Positions 10,096 to 18,244 of a stretch of 64,000 bases of DNA are shown in pieces. The stretch is from NCBI GenBank assembly GCA_963668625.2, contig CAXXKA010000006.1, positions 384,001-448,000 of the forward strand, written 5' to 3'. Both the position numbers and the translations under genes were made by a program. How positions within the stretch are numbered: the first letter of the stretch is position 1; each line of letters begins with the position of its first letter. Under the pieces are notes generated by a model, which saw nothing but the letters and a program-made list of their open reading frames with translations, was not told where the DNA came from and ran no database searches. Origin of the DNA: an uncultured candidate division Zixibacteria bacterium (GTDB lineage Bacteria > Zixibacteria > MSB-5A5 > UBA10806 > 4484-95).

Positions 10096-12315
10096 CTATT
10101 TAACCAACATCATCTTTCTGGTTTCAACCAGGTCGCCGGCGGTTAGTTTGTAGAAATAAACACCGGAGCTGATCTCGGAGGCGTCATACCTGATAGCATG
10201 CGAACCTGTGGGTAATTCGCCTTTGTCTATCGAGGTAACTTTCTGCCCCATGATATTGTAAATGTCCAGTACGACATCCGACTGTTGAGGTAAGTCAAAT
10301 CGAATTATTGTATTCGCATTAAATGGATTGGGATAGTTCTGGGCTAAACTGAATTTCTGGGGAAGTGGCGCATCATTCTCCTCGATGTCTACCATATCCC
10401 TGACCATATTCAAGGCGTTATAGGTGATCTGCATCATGTCACCGCTACACTCCCTGGCATCGCCGATATAACCGTTTATCGCCACTACATCATGGTCTGG
10501 ATTATAGGCAACGAACGGCGTGCTGTTATCCCATGAGGCTACCGTCACGCCATCGTTTTCGACAGTAATATCCGAGGTGTAATAGTCAGTTGCTTCTGAT
10601 ACCCCTAACATCAACGGATGATCTGCATTGTACCAACCGAGACTGTGGTTTTCAAAGTACGAGGCGCCCGTACCAAACGGAGAATAGCTGTCCGCGAGCC
10701 TGCCTTCCAGCATATAGTATTCCGCATCAACAAAGCAGAATTGTTGAAGAACGACACCACCGCCCATATCGACATAGTCGGCCAGCCTGTTGCCTAATAA
10801 CGTACCGTTATCCAGCATATAATTCGACCATACTACGACGGCTTCGTACATGTTCAGGTATTCTAATGTCGGCGTACCATCCATAACATTGTAGTAATGA
10901 ACGCTTGAGATATTAGGCATTTGCATGAGATCGTGTTCCGCTAAAGCATGGCCATAATCCGCCGCTAAAAACAATATATCGGGCTGGTTTTTGGTGGAAA
11001 ATATTATGGCATTATGAACCATATTATTAACATCCCCGGTAAACATCTGATCGTTGCCTACAAAAACGTTCAGGGCTACGAGGTTATTGTCGGGATTGTA
11101 AGCCGCCAGGGGAGTACCATCATCGAAAGAGGCTACAAGCACCGGGTCATGCTGCAATGTTATCTCGGCCGAGTAATATTCAGTCACAGAATCAACATTC
11201 ATCATGATATAGTGGCCTGAATCGTATTCTCCCAAAGACTTGGTCGTATATGAGCCGATTCCAACCGTAAACGGGCAATACTCGGTCATTAATCTTCCCG
11301 CCATATTCCAATCGGTATTGAAATCGAATACGAGTAAGGTAACCGCGCCACCGTTATCCTCGTAGTCGGCCAAAACATTACCGATCGCAGTATTATCGTA
11401 AAAAGGAGAATTCGACCAGACTACGACGGCATCGTATTGCTCGAGTAATCCCATTCCGGGAGTTCCTGTGGCTGCATCGAAAAAATCCACATCAGCGATA
11501 TCTCCATAGGCTTCCAGGTCAGTTATGAATGTCGAAGCCGCATCACTGGCAACAACCAGTACATCTTTTTGACCGTAGTCGGGAGGCGTGTGAGAAAACA
11601 GTATTGATGTGCCTGTTTCATCTCTGGTGGTGTCGAATACGTACTCCAGACCGTGATTGCCGGTCTGGTTCTCGATACCGATCGTGTGAGAATTCAGTAT
11701 TCCGGTTAGCGATTGATATTGGTAGAGTATGTTACCATCGGAAGTTATGATAGCCTGAAACGAGTATTCGCCGTCGTCCGAGTAGCGCTGGAAATTATGC
11801 CAGGATACGATTAGCGTATCGACATTGTTGGTGTAATAGTACGCCTGCCCGGTATCTCTGGGGTGAAGGTCATCCCAGTATACTGCCAGCAAATCATTGG
11901 GCTCATCCTCGGTGGGGATGGTTCGATTGGTGACCCCGGTTGAAGCAGAGGAAAAAGTTATGAAACCGTTGGAACAGGCGCGGAACGAGATGAAATCGAC
12001 ATTGTAAAAATTGAACGTGAAACCGATAGGGAAGGGGCCGATGTTTTGATCGTCATTCACTATTTCCATATTGGTTCCATAGCCTGATATATCGATCCAT
12101 TCGTACTCCGGGGAGTTGAAAGCTATATCCTCGGAGTCGTAATAATAATAACCGTAAGCATCGGGGCCGCCGCTATCGAGAATTACCGGGTGATCAACCG
12201 ATTTTTCCCCGGTTATCGATCCCTGATGAATCCGGCTGTTACCGGCGACAGCCGTCCCGGCAAGGAAAGCGATTAAAATAAAAATAACCGCATAATACGT
12301 TATAAATTTCTTCAT
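10096..12315 (-). CDS. Secreted CTD protein with SGGPD/nidogen-like domain and two tandem internal repeats
   Basis: Signal peptide; duplicated 'YDAVVVWSN...GNVLADY..GG' unit; QNYPNPFNA...RKMMLVK. Confidence 0.8.
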   Translation of the reverse strand: MKKFITYYAVIFILIAFLAGTAVAGNSRIHQGSITGEKSVDHPVILDSGGPDAYGYYYYDSEDIAFNSPEYEWIDISGYGTNMEIVNDDQNIGPFPIGFTFNFYNVDFISFRACSNGFITFSSASTGVTNRTIPTEDEPNDLLAVYWDDLHPRDTGQAYYYTNNVDTLIVSWHNFQRYSDDGEYSFQAIITSDGNILYQYQSLTGILNSHTIGIENQTGNHGLEYVFDTTRDETGTSILFSHTPPDYGQKDVLVVASDAASTFITDLEAYGDIADVDFFDAATGTPGMGLLEQYDAVVVWSNSPFYDNTAIGNVLADYEDNGGAVTLLVFDFNTDWNMAGRLMTEYCPFTVGIGSYTTKSLGEYDSGHYIMMNVDSVTEYYSAEITLQHDPVLVASFDDGTPLAAYNPDNNLVALNVFVGNDQMFTGDVNNMVHNAIIFSTKNQPDILFLAADYGHALAEHDLMQMPNISSVHYYNVMDGTPTLEYLNMYEAVVVWSNYMLDNGTLLGNRLADYVDMGGGVVLQQFCFVDAEYYMLEGRLADSYSPFGTGASYFENHSLGWYNADHPLMLGVSEATDYYTSDITVENDGVTVASWDNSTPFVAYNPDHDVVAINGYIGDARECSGDMMQITYNALNMVRDMVDIEENDAPLPQKFSLAQNYPNPFNANTIIRFDLPQQSDVVLDIYNIMGQKVTSIDKGELPTGSHAIRYDASEISSGVYFYKLTAGDLVETRKMMLVK

Positions 12316-12689
12316 GTTAATCTCCGTTTTTGAAGTATTTCTCAGCCCTCTGGTAAAATTATATCCCCCTTTGCGCCACCTCCTTTTTAGCGGTTAATAA
12401 CTTTAGTAAAAACGTTATGGTAGAATTCAAAACGTACGTTGGTTGGTTTGCCCACTATAAAATATGATGCCGATGACCTTTTGATGCTTTTGTGCTATTT
12501 TATAGCAGTATGCCTCGCTATATATCTAATATTATTAATTTTTGGATTTTGTCAATAGCCAATGTGTATTTATTTACAGGCTGTTTTGATTCTTTAGATT
12601 AATCGCAAAAAGGGTAGTATTGAATTTGTTGTAAATATAAAAGACAGGCGATTACTCTATAGATAATGTCATTAGCTTTTTCGATTTAA

Positions 12690-13348
12690 TTATGACTTTC
12701 TTACTTCCCCAGTCATAGCATCTATATTGCATTGCCAATGATTAATAGCAATTTGCCATGCCAGGTAATAACTTCCATCATCACCTTTGAGAATAATTAA
12801 TTGCCTATTTTTATTTACATTTGGATCGGCTATTTTTTTTGAGCGACGTAAGCATCTATGGCAATTTGAATCGTCTCATCCTCAGATATAGCTGGAGATG
12901 AACTTGATTTCTTTACATCTGTTGCAATTTCGCCGCTGAAACTAGTTAATGTTGTTTTATCATGAATTGTAAAAGCAAGCTTGATTCTATGATGGCTTAC
13001 TTGAATTCCATCATAAAACTGGCGAAACTTATAACCTAGAAATTGCCAGTTAACAGAAATTACCTTTAATTCTTCTCTAGGATTATCAAGGCCAAATAAA
13101 TCTTTGTGCAGCTTAAAAAATTCATAGCACCTATCAACCAAATCTACAGCAGTTATTTCTTTATCCAATTTGCCATTAAGTGTTTTTACCGATCCGTTTT
13201 CAGCATCAATAACACCCGTAACATTTCCTTCTCCAAATTCTTCCTCAATCGCTCCGGTTGGATTATGAATGTATTCGCCTGAAGTTTGAGCAATTGCTGT
13301 CATAATGGAAATAGTTTAAATTAAAGCAATTTGGTTTATTGTTTTCAT
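12690..13348 (-). pseudogene. Disrupted secreted FTP + PepSY (thermolysin-type propeptide) gene
   Basis: GGAG RBS and ATG at 13348, in-frame TAA at 13316-13318 in the signal peptide, FTP-like 'KFRQFYDGIQV', frameshift at the T-run near 12832-12840, then PepSY-like 'YYLAWQI...IDAMTGEV' to a stop at 12690. Confidence 0.6.
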
Positions 13349-13622
13349 GGTACTCTCCAGTAATCATGATATTGTCAAAATCGCTACTAAAAATAACATA
13401 TTTAAAACAGATGGATAAAATATTTAGATATAACTCAAACGGTAAGCTATAATAAGTCAAACGATAATAGAATCGAATACTCTGATTGTCATTATCTCGT
13501 GTCATAGAATAGGTATACATTTAGAGCTTAATAATCGATAACAACTAAACTTCCCCGGAACGTAAACCCGCCCAAAAGCGTATTAATCACAGGCAGATTT
13601 CGGTTTCGGGCCGTATAAGGCC

Positions 13623-13651
13623 TTGACACAAAATCAACTCTGAAATAGAAT
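13623..13651 (+). promoter_or_regulatory. sigma70-type promoter for tolQ operon
   Basis: TTGACA-17 nt-TAGAAT. Confidence 0.7.
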
Positions 13652-13681
13652 GTTTTTCAAAAACCGAAAAAGGAGATCTCT

Positions 13682-14410
13682 TTGAATCAAACAATGCTTT
13701 TGCTTCTATTGCCCGATCCGGTAGCCGGGAAAAAGCTCACCGACCTGATAATGGAATCCTCGGTATTCGCCAAGATTATCCTGTTCGTGCTGGTGGCATT
13801 CTCGATTGTCTCCTGGGCGGTGATAATTTATAAGTTCTTCCAATACAAGCGCGTTACCGGAGAGTCCGAGGTATTCTTAAAGGATTTCCGCCGTCGCCGC
13901 TCCCTGGAGAAAAGTTTCTCCGTGCTGAGCAAAATGAACGGTACCCCGCTGGCGGCGATTTTCGGCGCGGCTTTCATCGAGCTGGAATCTTTAGTATCAG
14001 GCAGGAGAGGCTCTGACGAGCCCGTAACTATCGATGATGACGCACTGGAGCTGGTAAGTGAGGCTATCGATCGTACCGGCGTATCGGAGATCAGCAAGCT
14101 CGAAAAGAACGTGGTGTTTTTAGCGACTACCGCTAACGCCTCGCCGTTTTTAGGCCTTCTGGGTACGGTCTGGGGCATCATGGAATCGTTCGCGCAAATC
14201 GGCGTGATGGGAACCGCTACCTTAGCCGTGGTGGCGCCGGGTATCGCCGAGGCGCTTATCGCCACCGTGGCCGGACTGGCGGCCGCTATACCGGCGGTTA
14301 TCGCTTATAACTATTATACCAACAAGCTACGATTCATCGCCACCGAGATTGACAATTTCAAGTCCGAGCTGTTCTCGGCTATCAAGAAGGAGTTGGCCAA
14401 AGGTGCGTAA
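13682..14410 (+). CDS. tolQ: MotA/TolQ/ExbB proton channel protein
   Basis: SPFLGLLGTVWGIM and VAPGIAEALIATVAGL motifs. Confidence 0.88.
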   Translation: MNQTMLLLLLPDPVAGKKLTDLIMESSVFAKIILFVLVAFSIVSWAVIIYKFFQYKRVTGESEVFLKDFRRRRSLEKSFSVLSKMNGTPLAAIFGAAFIELESLVSGRRGSDEPVTIDDDALELVSEAIDRTGVSEISKLEKNVVFLATTANASPFLGLLGTVWGIMESFAQIGVMGTATLAVVAPGIAEALIATVAGLAAAIPAVIAYNYYTNKLRFIATEIDNFKSELFSAIKKELAKGA

Positions 14411-14810
14411 ATTCAAATATGATTACCATCCGATGGCCGAGATTAATGTCACCAACCTGGTGGATGTCGTATTGGTGCTTTTGATCATCTTCATGATTAC
14501 CGCGCCCATGATGCAGGCCGGCGTCGATATCAAGCTACCCAAGGCCGCCGAGGCGCCGCGGGATGTCTCGACCGGTATCGTGGTTTCCATCGATAAGGAT
14601 CAGGTTATTTATATCGATAAATACAAAATCCCGATGGACCAATTCGAGACGCGCCTGAAAACTATCCGCGAGGTGAAGAAATTCCGGCCGGTTTACATTC
14701 GCGCCGATGAGCGCGTGCCATACGGTGTGGTGATGAGTATCATGAGCCGTATCAAAAAACTCGGTATCGATAATGTAGGCCTGGTGACCGAACCGGAGAG
14801 CAAGCTTTGA
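14403..14810 (+). CDS. tolR: ExbD/TolR family protein
   Basis: EINVTNLVDVVLVLLIIFMITAP and IRADERVPYG; likely GTG start at 14403. Confidence 0.88.
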   Translation: MRKFKYDYHPMAEINVTNLVDVVLVLLIIFMITAPMMQAGVDIKLPKAAEAPRDVSTGIVVSIDKDQVIYIDKYKIPMDQFETRLKTIREVKKFRPVYIRADERVPYGVVMSIMSRIKKLGIDNVGLVTEPESKL

Positions 14811-15523
14811 ACTATGCCATCATAATATCGCTGGTTCTTCACCTTGGTATTTTCGCGTACCTGATGATAGGCGAGAAACGCCCCAGCCAGAACGCTTACC
14901 CGAAAATCATGAATGTCGACCTGGTGTCATTGCCGCCGATATCGAAAGGCACACCCGCCGGATCGGAGACGCCGGGGCAGACACGGGCCGAGGCAGTAAA
15001 ACCCAAAGCCCAGACAAAAGTCGAGACTAAACCGACTACGACTCATATGGCGGAGATCGAAAAAAATAAACGTCAAAACACGAAGAAAAAGCCCAAACCG
15101 AAACCGCAGACAAAAGCCGAAAAAGCCGATAGCGAGAAACCGAAAGACAACGACGCTCAACCCGGGGATGCACCGGAACGTATCGGCCTTCCCGAGGGGG
15201 TAGAGACCGGCAGCGAATTCGGCGGAGTACGTCTGGATGGAGCGAATTTCGAGACGCCGACATATATTAATATCCTGTTCGCGAAAATTAAAAATCGCTG
15301 GAATAATCCATTCCAGGGAACCGATAAAACCAACGCCATAATTTACTTCACTATTCTCAGAAACGGCACTGTCGTCGATCCGATCGTGGAGAAATCATCG
15401 GGAGCGCCATCGTTCGATCAATCGGCTCTGCGGGCGGTGATCGAGTCCAAACCACCGCCGTTACCGCTCGAATACACCGGCAATCAGCTGGGGATTCACC
15501 TTGAATTTCAATACGTGCCGTAA
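14807..15523 (+). CDS. TonB/TolA-family energy transducer
   Basis: N-terminal SLVLH anchor, Lys/Pro-rich linker, C-terminal 'SSG...FDQSALRAV'. Confidence 0.82.
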   Translation: MNYAIIISLVLHLGIFAYLMIGEKRPSQNAYPKIMNVDLVSLPPISKGTPAGSETPGQTRAEAVKPKAQTKVETKPTTTHMAEIEKNKRQNTKKKPKPKPQTKAEKADSEKPKDNDAQPGDAPERIGLPEGVETGSEFGGVRLDGANFETPTYINILFAKIKNRWNNPFQGTDKTNAIIYFTILRNGTVVDPIVEKSSGAPSFDQSALRAVIESKPPPLPLEYTGNQLGIHLEFQYVP

Positions 15524-15557
15524 TTACTTGCAATAACTCGCCATATCATATATTTTC

Positions 15558-15573
15558 AGGCATTATCTTTGCG
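15558..15573 (+). promoter_or_regulatory. Putative sigma54 promoter
   Basis: AGGCAT-TATCT-TTGCG. Confidence 0.5.
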
Positions 15574-15697
15574 CTATATATAGGTTGAATAAAGCGAAAT
15601 ACAGGGCCTTACTTGATGGCTGATAACGGATTACTAAATCAGAGCATCACCCTGGATGTGCAAGATAATGCAAAAGATGTAAAACGAGGTGAGACTT

Positions 15698-16189
15698 ATG
15701 GCAGGTTATGGAAACGGAAGATCGAACAGAAGCGACATGGTGGTTACCATATTCGCAATATTCGCGATATTGCTGGCCGGAGGCATTTCCGTTGCCACTA
15801 TCTCAACCGACAAAAACTCCGATATAGGGGCGATTAATACAGTCATGGACGCCCAACCCTTAGCCCGTGCCGAACAGGCCGCTATGGCCGGCGTAAGCGC
15901 CGTAAAAGGCCATATAGAGTGCCACGGTATTACCGAAAGCGGCGGATTGCCCGATCAGTATTATGCCAACGGCGCAAGGTTCAACGCGCTCTGGGATGAG
16001 ATTAACCTGGCCGATTCGACCGTGAAAATTATCTCTACCGGCTACTGCCTGGATGACGACGGGCTGGAATATTCGACCGAGTACGAATCGATTATTAAAG
16101 TTGATTTACTGGCCAGCCATGATCACCCGATTCTTCAGGACTACTACAATAACGGCCGTCAGAGCGTTTTGATTAATTCTCCCGAGTAA
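15698..16189 (+). CDS. Membrane-anchored protein, PilX N-terminal-like
   Basis: Single N-terminal TM, 'ARAEQAAMAGV' and 'IISTG' resemble PilX minor pilins; GAGGTG RBS before ATG 15698. Confidence 0.45.
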   Translation: MAGYGNGRSNRSDMVVTIFAIFAILLAGGISVATISTDKNSDIGAINTVMDAQPLARAEQAAMAGVSAVKGHIECHGITESGGLPDQYYANGARFNALWDEINLADSTVKIISTGYCLDDDGLEYSTEYESIIKVDLLASHDHPILQDYYNNGRQSVLINSPE

Positions 16190-16285
16190 TATAAACAATC
16201 CTGCTTTTTAACCGTTAAAGTAAACATGAATAATATTCTCTGTTTGACAGCAGCCGGAGTTGTTTTATATTAAGTTAAGGTCATA

Positions 16286-17431
16286 ATGATGAGGGAGAGT
16301 ATAATGAATAAACGGGCTATTTTCGCGATGATAATATCACTGTTCTGCGTATATCCGGCTTTGTCCCAACAACTATCAAATACATATCTTAACGGCGTAT
16401 ATTATAACGATCAAGGGCAACCTGAATTGCCCGCATTTTTGAGCACCAGCGATACCAGTTTCTTGATGTTTAACATGCCGGAGGCGTTTTACTGGCCTAC
16501 CGGTCTGACAAAAGAAAGCGAAAATTTTTACTGGCTGGCAGACTACAATCCCGGTCAAAGTAAACTTCGCAAGGTGTTTTACCGCATGGACGATCAATAC
16601 GCCTCGGTACTTAACTCATATGATTCGCCTTTATTAGGCTATGCAGGGCTCACTTATGACGGCGAGGATCTGTGGGCGGTATATGAAAATCAGTACAGGC
16701 TTTATCGCATAGATAATCTCACCGGTGTGACTATCGATTCATTCGCGTTACCGCTTCCCGATTCGCTAAATCCCGACCGTCACGCCTGGGGTATTGCCTA
16801 TGATGGCGAGTATCTCTGGCATAGTCAGTACGGTGAAAACTCTATTATCTATAAACTCGATCCCTCCAACGCCGCCATAGTAGATTCGATTATACCGACC
16901 GCCGCAATGCTTCTAGGATTAGCCTATGAAAATCCGTTCCTCTATGGCATAGATATTCAAAACGGTTTGATTTACAGGTTCAATCCCCAAACATTATCCG
17001 AGGTAGACAATTACGACTGGGATATTGGTTATCCGCTGGGTTTGCATTATGATTCGGAAGCCGGCAATTTTATCAATGTAAGCGGTAAGACAGATTACGG
17101 TGGGGATGAAGCGGTTTACATGGTAGGCATCACTGTGGGCATTGATGAACCATACAGTGCTGTGCCATCCTCGGTGGAGTTGCTTTCAGCTTACCCCAAC
17201 CCGTTTAACGCTACCACCAGCATATCATTCACGCTAATCCAGCCCTCGCAGGTAACGCTGGATATTTACGATATCCTTGGCCGCCGGGCTGAGAGCCTTG
17301 TAGATGAGTTCCTTCCCGCCGGTAACCACTCGGTGTTATGGCAGGCAGGGGAGATGACCTCGGGGATATATTTCTATCGTCTGACAGCAGGAGAGTATCA
17401 GGATTCGCGAAAGATTACGCTGTTGAAGTAG
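16286..17431 (+). CDS. Secreted beta-propeller protein with CTD (array A, first gene)
   Basis: Signal peptide, repeated 'GLTYDGEDLW/GIAYDGEYLW' blades, AYPNPFNA...RKITLLK. Confidence 0.8.
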   Translation: MMRESIMNKRAIFAMIISLFCVYPALSQQLSNTYLNGVYYNDQGQPELPAFLSTSDTSFLMFNMPEAFYWPTGLTKESENFYWLADYNPGQSKLRKVFYRMDDQYASVLNSYDSPLLGYAGLTYDGEDLWAVYENQYRLYRIDNLTGVTIDSFALPLPDSLNPDRHAWGIAYDGEYLWHSQYGENSIIYKLDPSNAAIVDSIIPTAAMLLGLAYENPFLYGIDIQNGLIYRFNPQTLSEVDNYDWDIGYPLGLHYDSEAGNFINVSGKTDYGGDEAVYMVGITVGIDEPYSAVPSSVELLSAYPNPFNATTSISFTLIQPSQVTLDIYDILGRRAESLVDEFLPAGNHSVLWQAGEMTSGIYFYRLTAGEYQDSRKITLLK

Positions 17432-17625
17432 TACTGTTACAATCGAATTCCAAATAAACATTGACAATTAGATTATTTATTGTATTATACAGATGAATAT
17501 CTGAATATTTATTTTTTGACATTATAATATTGGGGGAATGGCATTGTGCAAGGGTATCTATTATTTAATTTGAATAAATGGATTATCTTAATCCTTATAA
17601 TAATGAATCGGGGGGGGTAGAAGTC
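17183..17625 (+). repeat. Array A junction repeat copy 1 (CTD-coding DNA + stop + promoter/leader)
   Basis: Near-identical to 20285-20733; noisy copy about 22891-23455; CTD part also at 26902-27166. Confidence 0.95.
17461..17488 (+). promoter_or_regulatory. sigma70-type promoter inside the junction repeat
   Basis: TTGACA-16 nt-TATTAT; repeated at 20568-20595. Confidence 0.6.
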
Positions 17626-17707
17626 CACCTTTCTTTCAAATGAACATCAGTTTTTTGTAAAAGTTTTTGGTCAAGAATATTATTATTACTCAAGGAAGGA
17701 ATTAGTA

Positions 17708-18181
17708 ATGAAATGTTTTAAAAATATAGCAATAATGCTTTGCTTAATAATATTGATGGGGGCAGTAACGGTTAATTTAGTAAAGGCGGCGGATAAATGC
17801 ACAGCAAGTGCGACAATAACTGCAAGTGATGATTGCGGCTCCAATCCGTTAGCGCAGAAAATATATGATCCCTGTGACGCAAGCAGTTACTCGATCTATT
17901 ACCATATTGAGTTTGATAGAACACTAAGGCAACAACCTAGTTATTCATCAACGATTCGGATTAGGATAGTCGACACAGGAGCTGCAACGGACGTATTTTT
18001 CCGCGATATACATTCTTGGAATTACTCTGCCGGCTCGACAGATAATGTTGTTGATGGTTTAGTACCAGTATGGGGAACCAGTAATTCTCACACATTCAAA
18101 ATAGAAAGAGTTTTGGGCGATACACAAATGTTTGAAAACATTCAAGCTGATGTCGACTATAGAATTGGTACTCCGGACTAA
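17708..18181 (+). CDS. Small secreted protein of unknown function (paralog of 24345-24755)
   Basis: Signal peptide; shares C..I.A.DD.G.NPLAQ..YDPC, EFDRT, S.SH and FE.I.A...YR.G with the 24345 ORF. Confidence 0.8.
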   Translation: MKCFKNIAIMLCLIILMGAVTVNLVKAADKCTASATITASDDCGSNPLAQKIYDPCDASSYSIYYHIEFDRTLRQQPSYSSTIRIRIVDTGAATDVFFRDIHSWNYSAGSTDNVVDGLVPVWGTSNSHTFKIERVLGDTQMFENIQADVDYRIGTPD

Positions 18182-18244
18182 TATCAATCAATTAACATCC
18201 TCCTGCAGTTTTGTTACTGTGGGGGGATTCGATAGGATTTTACT

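Noticed and set aside
13682-15523. tolQRA without tolB/pal as unusual
   Set aside because: Split tol-pal or exbBD-tonB clusters are common, and the rest may lie elsewhere in the genome
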